From contig NW_003314273.1 of assembly GCF_000143415.4 (NCBI RefSeq), positions 1 to 64,000 of the forward strand: a stretch of DNA of 64,000 nt. The letters are read 5' to 3'. The DNA is from Selaginella moellendorffii (taxonomy: Eukaryota; Plantae; Lycopodiophyta). The notes under the pieces are model-generated. The model was not told where the DNA came from. It was given only the letters and a program-made list of their open reading frames with translations, and did not search any database. Positions 10,842 to 23,668 of this stretch are shown here, in pieces. Positions within the stretch are counted from its first letter, which is position 1, and each line of letters opens with the position of its first letter. A program made the translations under genes and the position numbers.

Positions 10842-11980
10842 TCGGGACCGAGACCGAGACCGAGGCCGAGGCCGAGACCGAGGCCGAGGCCGAGCCCGAG
10901 TCCGAGTCCGAGTCCGAGTCCGAGTCCGAGTCCGAGTCCGAGTCCGAGTCCGAGTCCGAGTCCGAGTCCGAGTCCGGAGCCTGAGAGGGTGAAAGCCCAA
11001 AGCGTTCGTCTCCCAGACCCTGGGGGGTTTGGTGAGCTCCAAAAGTATAGTAGGGGGAGGACTGCAGTGGAGCCAGTTTGGCCAGGAAAGGCCAGTTTGG
11101 CCCAGGAAGGCCGGACCCAGTGTTGGGTGATGAGCTGCCCACTGGGAAGTCCAAGACTAGAGTGAACACAGACCGACAAGCGGGGTAGCTTGGTGAAGTG
11201 TTCAAGAGCCGGCTCTAGTTCCCCCGGGAGATCGACTGGCCGATGCTCCCAGTCCAAGTGTGGGTGGCACTACCTACTTGGATACCTGGCGTGGCTCAAC
11301 GGAACCCGCTCTAAGCCCATGGCTAGAGCACCCAAGGGCAGAAGGCGAGGAGAGTACCCAGGTGGCTCGCGTAAGGCCACGGTGTTCCGAAATGTTGTCC
11401 CAAAGGCCCAGACTGTGGAAAGGAAGAGGAGCAGTCCTATTGGGGTAGTGACCAAGGACACAGTCGTGTGGTGAGGAAGTCCCAGAGAACCGTGGGACTT
11501 AGTGGTCGGGCCTGTGGGTCTCGATCCAGTGGCAGTGTTGGCAAACACGGCCAGGGGCAGAAAGGGACTTAGTGGGGACTGACAGAGGGATATTGGGGAA
11601 GGCTATTCCCCTTGTCAGTGGGCATCCTAAGGATGCTAAGGAGTGGATCTGAGATGACCACTCACGGATGGTTTGCCTAGTCTTGGAGAGCCAAGATGGT
11701 GATGCAAGTGGTATTGGACTACCAGTGTGGCAAAGGTGATTGGGCATGGCCTTGGCGTAACGGGCTGCTATGTCGGTTGTACCTTTGAGTGTCGGTCATG
11801 GGATTGGACACGTGGAGCACTTGGACCAAGTGCAAATGTTGAGTGGCATGGATGCCATTCTCGGGGCTAGCAAGTCCCAAGTCCTGGATTGGACTTATGG
11901 AGGTTGTGAATGAGACTCCTCCAAGTGGTCAGAGGTGTGGTTAAGTGACTAAAGTAGAATGGAAAATTTAGTCGTTTACA
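9748..11980 (+). mobile_element. Solo LTR of a related family, in opposite orientation to Z
   Basis: TG...CA ends with 5-bp TSD GTTGG (9743-9747, 11981-11985). Shares the repeat type and GGGTGAAAGCCCAAAGCG motif with Z LTRs in reverse complement. Confidence 0.88.
9978..10980. repeat. CpG-rich 6/12-bp tandem array (GAGATGGAGTCC, GAGACC, GAGTCC) inside the solo LTR
   Basis: Directly visible. Produces long low-complexity ORFs in several frames. Confidence 0.95.
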
Positions 11981-14900
11981 GTTGGTTCCTTACACAGGGT
12001 TCTTTTGTAGATGGGCTAGGATCTGATGGAACATTAGGAGGAGGTATCGGTGGATCTGTAGGTGGTATCAATTGTTCTTAATCCCTTTGTCAAAGTGTTT
12101 TAAGTACTAAATATGCACAATTTTTGGAGGATTAGCTTGTTGGATGTCATATTGAACCTCATAAACTTGTGGTTCAACTTGCCGTAACACCTAATACAAT
12201 CCTTTCCACTAAGAAAGGAGCCCCTTTAAATAAACCACGTACCATAAGATGGGGAAAACGGACTAACACCAAGTTATCCATTTTGTACTCTGTAGGTGGA
12301 TGATGATAGGAGTTGTAGTGCTATTGTTATCTTATTTGTATGTGGTTTAGGTGTTTGGCAGACTCTATTTGGACAAATGGAAGAATGCTCATCAAATATT
12401 AATCCCACAACTTAACATCAGCAGATCGTGGCAATTGCGAAGGTAAACTAGGAGTTTATATGGTGAAACACTAATAAAACTCTGCACCCTTGTAACATAT
12501 GCATACTGAAGAGATGGCAAATAACTATCTCAATCCAAATGCTGAAAGTTCACGTACTTCACGATCATCCCTTTGAACTTCGAACGAGTTGTTTCACCAA
12601 ACCATTTGATTATAGATGATAAGCACTTGTGAAAGTGTGATGTATCCCCAACCAAGATGTCAAAACATGAAATGCCTTAGCCATAAATATGGGATTATTA
12701 TCCAAAGAATCTGCTCCGAACAAAAATGCTAGAGCACCAATTTCCACCCAACAAATCAAGTAATCAGAAGCAATAATAATATACTCATTGTCAACAGTTG
12801 ATTATGAAAAAAGTCCCATAAGATCAAACACCACCAACTCAAATAAATGGGAAACTGCAATTGACTCAAACTGTCCTTTCGCAACACAAGGGGGAGTATT
12901 ACGAGCTTAACACCAAATGCAGCTATGTACATGTTGGATAACATCACGTCCTATCTCCAGTCAATAGAAAAACCTGTGCAATTACTTAGAATAGGAAAAT
13001 CATAATAGGCATGGAGAAACCATGTAATAAAGATTAAAGGCACCACTAGCCCTAAATGATCATTAAGATATGTCCCCACAAAATAAAGAAAGCCATCTTC
13101 AAGACAATATCATGAATATGAATGCCTAAATGGCAAATTATCAGTAAGTGATGCAAAATTCTCAAACCCTTCTCAAAGTTTTCAAATCCATGGCTCAATC
13201 TTTTGAGCCTCATAAACCTCATCAAAAGAAGGTAGGTCTTTCTCTGTACCTTATGGATACTGAATATCAAGTATAGTAACCACCAATAGCATAGAATCCT
13301 CGTCTAGAAAATCCACAAATGCTGGAACAATAGGCTCTTCAGAAACATGATAAAAGAGTGAAGAAGGAAGAGGAGCCTGAGAAAGGGCATCAGCATCAGG
13401 TATAAAACTCCCTGAACAATGAATAACATCAAAATTATATATTTGAAGCTTCAAAGCTCATTGAGTAGTATGACCAATCAGGTTCTTCTGCTTCAAAATG
13501 AAGTAACGGCAGCATAATCACCTTTTAGTAACATCCAAGAACCATGTAGATGTGTATGAAGTTTTTCAAAACCCCAGAATGCTGTTAAATACTCATTCTC
13601 TATCATAAAGTAGTTCACCTCTGCTGGTTTTAATGTACAACTAATGTATACAATGGGATAACATTGACAAAGAACATTTGGGTTCTTTTGCATCAACACA
13701 TTTCCAAAACCAATATTAGAAGCATATTTTTCCTTTCCAATTGGCCAGCTTAGCTCATTTATCCGACAAACACTGCCTTGGCTTTAGCTAAGTTCCCTCA
13801 CCAAGGTTCCCGCCTATTGTACCAGCTCTTACTTGGTTTTACTTGGTTTCAACTACTCACTGCACAAGCAATGGAGCGTTAGCTATCCATCCACGGATTC
13901 CCAAATCTCTCCCAATCCTCCTCTTTGGGTTGGATTAAACTTAAGGTTCGGCTACACTCCCTGCAGACACAAGCAGCCAAGCACATTAAGCCTCCAGGTT
14001 TCTAACATCCCTTGGTATAGCAAAACTTGATTATGGGACCCTTTAAATCCCAAGCCTTGGGTGCAACATTTGCTTTAGGATATGGGGCGAAACACCATAG
14101 CCTAACGCTTAGTATGGGTACCTCTACCCCCCCCCCCCCCCACTTTCATTCCAAAGGGAAGGCCCAGGCCCCTAAGAAGGGCAAAGACCAATGAGTCATA
14201 AGGTACTCAAGTGGGGCACCACTCTACATGAGCCAGGAGCACTGTAGTCAGTTTCCTTTCCGAGAGTGGGAGCTGCTCTTGAGCACTTCCTTGGGTGGCC
14301 CCTCCAGCACCACCCGAGTCCATGCTCACTCCCACTCAAGGCCCTTCGGCCCTAGTTTCAACCTCAAGTTAGTTTGGAAGCACCACTGGAGAGTTCCTTC
14401 AAGACTAGTTCCTAGACCTCACTAACCCTACTATACTTTTTGGAACCCCTTGCAGCCCCCCCCCCACCCCTGGGAGACACATGCTTTGGGCTTTCACCCC
14501 ACGACCTGTATTGGTATTCGGACATGGTCTCGGACTCAATCTCAGACTTGATTTTGAACTCGACTTCGAACTCGGTCTCGGACTCGATCTCAGACCCGAT
14601 CTTGAACTTTGTCTTGGACTCATCTCGGACTCGATCTCGGACTCGATCTCGGACTCGGTCTCGGACCCAATATCGGATCTCGGACTCAGTCTCGAACTCA
14701 GTCTCGAACTCGGTCTTGAACTCGGTCTTGGAGTCGGTATCGGACTCGATCTCGAACTCAATCTCATTTGATGAACTCTTTATTATTACAGTTGTGTCTT
14801 CGAGAATCCTTTAGCCTTTGACACCTCGGGGAGTCGATTCCTTAAAACTCCACCACCCATAGAAGAAGTTCGATGCCTACATCAAATGCCTGTTTTTAAT

Positions 14901-15622
14901 CCTACAACTTATTAACCATGTCTCTAGGGGCATCCCCCCACTTAGCGGTATGCCTAAGTTAGCCTCCTCGGCCAAAAGCTCATGACAACAGAGTATAGGT
15001 GTCCCTACATCCCTCCCCTCACCATGCCCTAATATGGGATTGGGACTTAAATCCAGCTTTGCTTTACTAAAGGGTTGGGACTCAAACCCAACCTTCGTTA
15101 AATACATTTACGAATTCGACATCCCCGCGGGGAGTTAGGCATAGTTTTCTATGCCTGATCGACCTAGCTAACCCATGCTAATTAGCTTACCTTTGGTGCG
15201 TCTTCAGGTCCCAACATATGCAATTGCTCAATTTCACAAATTGATACTTTAATTGAATTTTGCATAAGTATATAGAGTTCTGCCTTGCAGAAATTCCTCC
15301 ACTAAATCTTACGCATTTGTTAGGTTCTCCTTTGGTTCCCATGTTGCTTCATAGTGCGGAAATTCTTTCCACTTCATATGGAACTCCTTCACTTCATGTC
15401 CTTGTTGCTTGCTCTTGCATGCATTGAGGATGGCCTCGACTTCGTATTCCTCTTCCCCTTGGATAACCTCAGGTAAAGGTCTTACTTGGTCCTTGCGAAG
15501 CAAATCCTCAAAGTACGACTTGAATAAGTTCACATGGAACACTGGGTGCATCTTCCCCATCTCTCGAGGAAGTTGAAGGCAGTAAACCACTTTATGCCTC
15601 AATCTCATAGGGCTCTGCAAAC

Positions 15623-15674
15623 CTACTTAAGGAACTTAAGATCAGTTCATTTCTAGGAATACATGCATTTTTAC
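15623..15674 (-). other. Predicted 52-nt integrase intron (copy 2)
   Basis: CAAAG|GTAAAA...CCTTAAGTAG|GTTTGCAGAGCCCTAT. Restores KLTQRFAEPYE. Confidence 0.85.
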
Positions 15675-16082
15675 CTTTGGGTCAACTTCCAGCTGATCCC
15701 ACTTGGTAACTTCAGGTTCTTGGTGTTCAACCACACCTTTTCCCCAAGTTGGAACTCTACATCCCAGCACTTCTAGTTCACGTACTTAGTCTGTTTTTGT
15801 TAAGCCTGTTCCAAGGAATCCCTCACTAGATTCCAAATATTGAGTCTTTCTGCTGTGAACACCTCCACCGTGTGTAACTCTCCATGATACTCAGCCACGC
15901 TGAGTTCCACAGAACCTTCAATAGCTCGACTTCCCATGGACTCACTTTGATACTCAAATTTGGTGAGTTGTTATAGCACATTTCTGCAAGGCCCAAATGA
16001 CTTACCCAATCAACTTGGTCTCCCGAGACATAGCATCGCAAATAATCCTCCAGCTGTCTATTCACCCTTTCTGTTTGTCCAT

Positions 16083-16129
16083 CTGTCAAGAAGTGTTAGT
16101 GCCCTCAAACTTGAGTTAATACCCAATAC
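16083..16129 (-). other. Predicted 47-nt integrase intron (copy 2)
   Basis: ACAG|GTATTG...CACTAAC...TTGACAG|ATGGACAA. Restores the canonical HPQTDGQTERVN. Confidence 0.9.
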
Positions 16130-18150
16130 CTGTCTGTGGGTGATAGACTGTGCTAAATTTCAACTTGGTGTAATATTGTTCCAGAAGAGTTTTCCAGAAC
16201 CTACTGGTGAAGATCTTATCTCGATCTGAAATGATCTCCTCTAACCTTCCCTGCACTCAAACCACTTGTTCAAAGAACAACTTCGCTACACTTTCCACAT
16301 CCACTTCTGTTGTGGTGGGTATGAAATGTGCTATCTTTGAAAATCAGTCCATCACCACGACATCAAACCCCTCACTTGGGGGGAGTCCTGTGATGAAATC
16401 CATCGTAAGACATTTCCACGAACGATCTGGAATTGGGATACTTTGTAACAAGCCCCCACTAGCCTTAGTCATGGCTTTGACCTGCTGACATGTTATATAT
16501 GTCTTTACATAGTTTTGGATGTCCTTAGCCATATCTGGCCAGTGATACTTCCTTTTGAGTAAGCCTATCGTCTTGGGCACTCCACCATGTTCTGCAAGAG
16601 GTCTGTCATGATACTCTTCTAAGACTACCTTCCTTAGTTCCCCTTCTAGAATATACACCCTCGTTTGTTTATAATAGATGAGTCCATTATGTTTCGTATA
16701 GCTTATTTTCTCTTCCGTTGGCAGCTCACCTCTTTGGTGAGCTTCCCGTGCCTTTAGATTCCTCAGCAACACTTCTTGTGTTAAACCATCATTCTCATAT
16801 GCTGTCTGCACATTATCCCAAAAGGTTGTTATCACACTAGATATCACCAACTTCAAGCTCACTTTTCGACTTAGAGCATCCGCCACGATATTGCTCTTCC
16901 CAGGCTTGTACAAAATCTCACAATCAAACTTGGCCAAAGCATTGGCCCACTGACCCTGTTTCCCTCTCAGGTCGAGCTATAACAAGAAGTGTTTCATTGC
17001 CACATTGTCTGTGTAAACCTTGCAATGTCTCCCAAAGTAGTGTCTCCACTCCTTGAGCACCTTGACCACTGCAAACAATTCTTTCTCGTGGGCAGACCAC
17101 TTCTGTTAAGCCTTGTCCAACTTTTAAAAGAAGAACGCTACTGGATGGTTGTTTTGCTTCAACACTATGCCCAATGCAAAGTTTTAAGTATTCGTTTCTA
17201 CTTCAAAGCCCTTACTAAAATTTGGTAACGTCAACACAGGAGCTTTTCTCAACTTCCCTTTGAGGTGGACAAATGCAGCCTTGCATTCCACTGTCCATAC
17301 CATCTTCCCTTTTCCCATTTGGTTTGTTAAAGGCAAGGTTACTCTCGAATAGTGTTTGATAAACTTTCGATAGTAGTTGCATAGCCCCAAAAATGCCCTT
17401 AACTCATGTACATTCGATAGTCGTTCCCATTCCTGAATTGTTTGGACCTTTTCAAGGTCCACCTTGAGCCCATTTTTGCCCACCACATGCCCAAGAAACT
17501 TTACCTCTTGTTAAGCAAAGTCACATTTGCTTTTTTAAGCATACAGCTGGTGTTCCCTTAATTTCTTAAACACCTTCATCAAGTGTTCAGTATGTTCCTT
17601 TAGTGTCTCACTATAGATCAGGATGTTGTCAATAGAAACGACCATGAAGTGATCCAGATAGGGTACAAAGATATGGTTCATCAATGCCGAAAATGTTACC
17701 GGTGCATTGCATAACCCAAAGGGCATCACTAGAAACTCAAAGCTCCCATACCTTGTTCGATAGGTTGTCTTCTTGACATCTTCCTTTGCTACCCTAATCT
17801 GGTAGTATCCTGACATTAAATCAATCCTCGAGAAGTATTTTGCCTTTCCCAACATATTGAACAAGTCCTCAATCCTTGGCAAAGGGTATTTGTTCTTCTT
17901 TGTATATTTGTTGAGCAACCGATAGTCTATGCACATGCGTATAGAACCATCTTTCTTTTTCACAAATAACATCGGCACCCCATACGGTGATTTGCTCAAC
18001 CTAACATATACCCTTTGTCCACTAACTCTTCTAGTTGGTGCTTGAGCTCCTCTAATTCCTTTTCGTTCAAACAATAAGGTGGACGAACCATCGCCTTAAC
18101 ACCCTTGACCAGCTCAATCTTATGTTCTATCAGTTATGCAGGGGGCAACC

Positions 18151-18538
18151 CCGCCGATAGCTTCTTTCGCATGGTATCTTGGAATTGGTCCAACACCCAC
18201 AGAATCACTAAAAGTATTTCTTCCGTTCCCGTCTTTTTGTCACTCTTCACCGAGAGTAAGCATAAAAATGCTGCTTGGTTCCTTTAGTGAGTTGTCCTCT
18301 CGTGGACACCAGGTTTAAGCAGGAGTCTTTTGCTTTACATTGCCCGCCGATAACTCCTCCGGCATGGTATTCTGGAATTGGTCCAACACCCACTGGATCA
18401 CTAAATGTACTTCTTCCATTCCTGTCTTTTTGTCACTCTTCATTTAGAGTAAGCATAAAAAAGCTGCTTTAGTTCCTTTAGTGAGTTGTCCTCTCGTGGA
18501 CACCAGATTCAAATAGGAGTCTTTTGCCTTATATTGCC
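18151..18538. repeat. ~190-bp tandem duplication within the Z copy 2 PR-RT linker
   Basis: ccgccgata...gcatggtat...gtggacaccag...attgcc occurs twice in tandem and once in copy 1. Confidence 0.8.
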
Positions 18539-21500
18539 CTACCTTTAGATCTTGAGCCTCCACCCTAGATTGTTCTCCCCGGGCATTCACCAGTACCACA
18601 AGGTTCCTACCTTGTTCATGTAGGGCTACTATGAACCGATTGAACCAATCTATCCCAAAGATTACGTCAAATCCCGCCATGTTCAACACGGTGAAATCCA
18701 TGTCTACTTTCCATGTCCCTACTTCGACTCTCGCTTGTCAAAGTATCTCATCGGTGCTTTGGCTACTTTGAACAAACTCTATCGTCCTTGGTTCACCCAA
18801 CCACTGCACCATTAGTCCAGCTTGCCGGACTATGTCTGCAGCCATAAAACTATCCAAAGCACCTGTGTCAATAAGGATCTTAACAAAGCTACCTTCGAGC
18901 TTCCCTCGGAGGGCTAATAGATGTCGCAAACGACTCTCTACCAAAGTTGCTCGTGTAATGCGTAACTTTGAGCTAGGGATTGGATCACATACCTTAGTTT
19001 GAATTTCACCTAACTTAATGGCGATATTGGTTCTGGCGTTCTTCAGGTAGGAACATTTCCTCAAAAAGTGTCCCACTTCACCGTAGTTGTAGTATACGTT
19101 GTTTCCCACGTTGCTAGCACACTTGATCTTTTTATCCGTGGGTTTGTCTCTTTTTGCTTGATTATCCCACGTACTTGCTCGTTAACCACCGGATCTGCCT
19201 TTCTGGAACCCCGAGGACTCATTCTTAAAGAAACTCTTCTTGAATTTCCCTTTGCTATATGTTCCCTTTGGTTTGGCCCCTTTGCTAAACGTGGACCCCA
19301 ACCCTGTCATGTTCCCCTTTCGCAAGTTATCATTGAAATGCATCTTGATAGCTGCATTCAACGCTTCCTTGTAGTTGGTTGGGTTCTAACGCATCACCTT
19401 GCCGCGAGCCTAGATTTGTAAGCTTGATATGAAGGCATGGAATGCATCCATATCACCCATATCCGTGACAAGTATCCTCTTTGCCATAAACCCATTCACA
19501 TACTCTTGAATGGTTCCCGTTTGCTTCAGCCTACTCAACTCATCCCTTAGGTGCAGAGTAGCATTCAGAGGAACGTAAGTCGCATGGATCCTCGCTTTCA
19601 TTATTTTAAGTGGCCACCGGTCTTTCGTTGGCCTCTATTGTTCTCCACCAAGATATGACATTATCTGCCAAGTATGGTTTTGCATATGGGACCTCCAAGC
19701 TCGGTAACCGCAATGTTCGAAAGTAATCCTCCATATCGTAAAACCAATCCTCCACCATTTTATAATCATTCACTCCCTTGAAGACCAGTGGGGGCTTTGG
19801 TTTGTACATGGGAACTACCTGAGGGACTAATTCCACTTCGCATAAACTCAGCATCAGGCATAGAACTCCTCAGGCAATGAATAACATCAAAATCATATAT
19901 TTGAAGTTTTAAAACCCATCGAGCAATACGACCAATCAGGTTCTTCAATTTTAATAATGAAGTAATAGTAGCATAATCACCTTTTAGTAACATCCAAGAA
20001 CTATATAGATGTGCATGAAGTTTTTTGAAACCACAAACTGCTGTTAAATACTTATTCTCTATCATAGAGTAGTTCACCTCCGCTGGTTTTAATGTTCAGT
20101 TGATATATACAATAGGATGGCACCGACCAAACACACTCGAGCTCTTTTGCATCAACACACCTCCAAAACCAATATTAGAAGCATCCACGTGCAAAATGAA
20201 AGGTCAAGTGTAGTCAGAATATACCAAAATCGAAGGAGTTGTTAATAGCTCTTTGAGATCCATGAATGCCCACTCACAGTTATCAGACAAAATAAAAGAC
20301 GACATTAATGATTTCAACAATGCTCACAACAGTGCAGTGCAATCAAAAAGGTCATCCACAAAACGACTGAGATACTGCACCTTGCCCAAGAAGCGTTGCA
20401 CGTCATTCACACACTTTAGAGTAAGAAACTTTAGAACATCCACAAATTTGTCAAAATCAACTTGCAAACCCTTACGAGAAATAAAGTACCCAAGATAATC
20501 GTGTCCTTGGACCCAAACACGTACTTCAACCACTTTAGCTTTAAACCAATATCTGTAAGCCACAAATTTTTCCTTTCCAATTGGCCAGCTTAGCTCATTT
20601 ATCCGACAAACACTGCCTTGGCTTTAGCTAAGTTCCCTCGCCAAGGTTCCCGCCTATTATACCAGCTCTTATTTGGTCTTACTTGGTTTTAGCTACTCAC
20701 TCCACAAGTGTCATAAATGCGACTTTGGGTATCGAAAGATATTTGTCAGCCAGTCCTTACGAACATACTCTCCTTACTGCCACGATGGTAGGAGGTTGGT
20801 ATTGCTAAACCCTTTATTAGTCCCTCTTGTTCAAGTGTTAGTAAATTGGATTTTGCATTTGTACTTAGCCGGACGAGCATAAGGAAGGAATTCCTAAGTG
20901 TCTATTTAGCCAAGCATACTTGGCCTGGCTTTTTAGTTCTCTTTTGCTTTGTCTTGCACTGGCTTAGCAAGAACCCTCATGTATTGAGACTAGTCCCTCA
21001 ATATCGCTGGATGATAGCTTACTGTGTTTGCCAAACACTCTCGCTATCACGCCCTTTGTGTTAGTCTCATTTCGGTCCCAAATGCTATTTATGGAAAGTG
21101 TCTAGATTCACTCATTTGGCATATCTATGGAATGTAGAGGTCGGCCTAAACACAATGGTGTTCATCCCGTGTCTAAATTCGCAATCTAGCACCATTCCAT
21201 ATTTAGTAAGTTTCGAGCTTGTCCCAGAGACTAACTCCTGATACTAAGGGAGGTTTGGGGTGAAAGCCCAAAGTGTGTGTTCCTCAGGGGGGGGGGGGCT
21301 CCAAATGTATAGTAGGGATAGTGGTTAGAATGCATGTTCGACCACTTGAAACATTAGTTTGGCTCTCGCTGGGCTATGTCGCTCCTTGTTCTATGTCCGG
21401 CTTGGGTTTAAGCCCAAGCTCCATGTTGCTCTAGTCAGTGGGGTACCTTCCTCCTCACGTTAGGCCACCGGTATGCCAAAATTGTGCCAAACTCTGTCTG

Positions 21501-22961
21501 ACACCATTTTGCGTGCAGGTGTTGGATATGAGGAGCTGGTGCTCGTGGGATTGTACCGGATCCTCGTTTCATAGCGCAACAGGCTTGGAGTTCGGCTCCA
21601 AATTCAAGTGCGCTACATTTGGTATCAGAGGAATTGTCTTAGCAATTCCTATCCAACTTTTGTCGGATTTTCTAACTCAAGTTGCATATGCAGAGACTTT
21701 TCTAGTAGATCTGAAGCGATTTGTGTAAAATTAGTTGGATTGCACCATTTGGTAAGAATGTTGTATGCATGTTTAGTTACTGACAGAGACATGCATGCAA
21801 CTAGCGGGATGGTGAAGAGGAATTGTGCTGATGACGCTGAAACCTCTAGACAGGTGAATCGAGAGGAGGAAACTTCTGCTAGAGATGCTACGGAAGAGGT
21901 TGAGGCTGAATCAGAAAAGGACGAGCCAGATGTTGCAGCACTACAGCATACAGCTCAGGAAGTTGAGATCGAGAATTTGCGAAGGGAGATTCACAAATTG
22001 AAGAAGGAGAACAAGAAGAGGAAGAAAGAAGCTGAGGCAACTAAACCAGCTAAGCTTAAGCAACTGGATTCCTCCTCAAGTTTTAAGGACGATGAAGTTC
22101 TGCAGCCACCCTCGGTTGCATGAGTTTCAAAGTTTAAGCCTCCGAAACCACCCAACTTCAAAGGCATGCGGGACTATCAAGTTTTGGAAGACTGGGTCTA
22201 CGATATGGAAATTATTTCATAGCGGCAGACGTAGATGATCGTACGAACATTGCGTGCGTGCAGTCCTTTCTCATCGATTATGCCAAGACTTGGTGATGAC
22301 AGGTGTGTGCTTAAAAAGGGTAGACTAGAAGTTGACCAAGATGCGGTCTCGTATCCGTAAGGAATACTTGTCGGATGATCTTGGTCTGAGACTTCGCACG
22401 GAGTTGCGGCGGTTAAAGCAGTGAGGGGACCTCATGCATTACATTAATGTGTTTGCTTAGAAGCGCATTATGATTGCAAATATGAGTGACGAAGATGCAC
22501 GGAGTTATTTTTTGAAGGGTTTAAGTTCACTTTCTCGCAATGAGATTTTGAAGTTTAAGCCGAAGACATACTTGGAGTGTAAGGAGGCAGTGCAGCAAGT
22601 TGCCTTTAATCACTCACTCATGGAACAATATCAACAACCGTATGTTGGTAACTCAGATAAGAATAGGAATTCTAAGAATAAACAAGATGATCGGAAACAG
22701 AGGGTGGAAAGCAAGTTCCACCCTGGAGGCTCACAAGCAACAGTTAACAAAGGTGGTGGTGGTTGGAGACCACCAGCAGCTTCTTCTAATCCTAGGCCCT
22801 CTATTCCTCCTCCTGGTGGGTACAAGTAGCAGCAACCTACAAAACCTACTCCTAGTGGAACGGGTAGTGTGGGTCATTGCTTCCATTGTGGAGAGTCGGG
22901 ACATAGATCCTCAGAATGTCCCAACAAGCATAAAACATAGTCTCGTGTTAATGTCATGAGG

Positions 22962-23668
22962 TGTAGCGCACGTTATCTCTCTCCCCTTAAACCAACTGGA
23001 AAAGGGGTAATTGCTTGATGAGAGAGCCCTTAATGGCTATTTTATCCCTATTTATCCCCCAAAGTTCCAAGGATCCATAGTGACAGTATATCCAAATCTC
23101 ATCCTATGATCAATGCGCTACACTCACCCCCCCTTTAAAGATGTCAATGTCTTTATTGACTATTGACTAACAACCTCTACTGAGCCCTTTAGAGATGTCA
23201 ATGTCTTTATTGACTATTGACTAACAACCTCTACTGAGCCAAGGGGAACTAACACCTCCATTTTCGCATTGAATCTACCAATCCTTTCATTGTGTAGACT
23301 AGCTATTCCATGTGAGACAACTAGTCATTCACCTGTACCGTAGTCCCACGGACGAAGACCTTCGTCTGGAACTCCACAAGAAGAAGGATATACACATGGA
23401 TGCCCAATATGTACAATTTTCAAATTTAGGGGTAGGAATATACCTTGCTCATATTTTTAAGTAGCCACTAATCAATGGGAATCGAACCCGTGCCATTTGC
23501 TTCGATACCAACTTATCTCTCTCCTCTTAAGCCAACTGGAAAATGGGCAATTGCTTAATGAGAGAGCACTTAATGGCTATTTTATTTTATCCCCATTTAT
23601 CCCCCAAGGTTCCAAGGATTCACGGTAATAGTATATCCAAATCTCATCCCATGATCACATATGTTACA
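22962..23668 (-). mobile_element. TRIM (non-autonomous miniature LTR retrotransposon), 707 bp
   Basis: ~160-bp LTRs at 22962-23122 (TGTAGCGCA...TGCGCTACA) and ~23512-23668. PBS TGGTATCGAAGC and PPT AGGGGGGGTGAG on minus. TSD TGAGG. Confidence 0.9.

Larger units (their letters stand above)
3774..11994 (-). mobile_element. Chromoviral Ty3/gypsy LTR retrotransposon, family Z copy 1 (gag-PR-RT-RH-INT-chromodomain), defective
   Basis: 5' LTR 9275-11994 (TGTAAG...CCTTACA). PBS TGGTATCGGAGCC on minus at 9259-9271. PPT at 4056-4070. Partial 3' LTR 3774-4055. RT YIDD, RNase H TDAS, integrase HHCC/DD35E, chromodomain EEEYEVEAIL...VKWKGF...TWEP. Confidence 0.95.
9275..11994 (-). repeat. 5' LTR of Z copy 1, interrupted by a solo LTR and internally shorter than other Z LTRs
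   Basis: TGTAAGCCACAAATTT start and GGTTCCTTACA end. Homologous to 13726-14846 and 20554-29592. Confidence 0.9.
13726..19840 (-). mobile_element. Family Z copy 2: 3' LTR 13726-14846, pol and truncated gag; no PBS or adjacent 5' LTR
   Basis: Colinear with 4056-8870 at high identity, with the same PPT, chromodomain, integrase, RT and gag. Homology ends at 19840. Confidence 0.9.

Noticed and set aside
9978-10980. CRISPR-like regular array
   Set aside because: No unique spacers; simple tandem repeat in a eukaryotic LTR.
9349-11257. Long ORFs (618, 463, 425, 337 aa) on both strands
   Set aside because: Produced by stop-free 6/12-bp repeats inside LTRs; not credible proteins.
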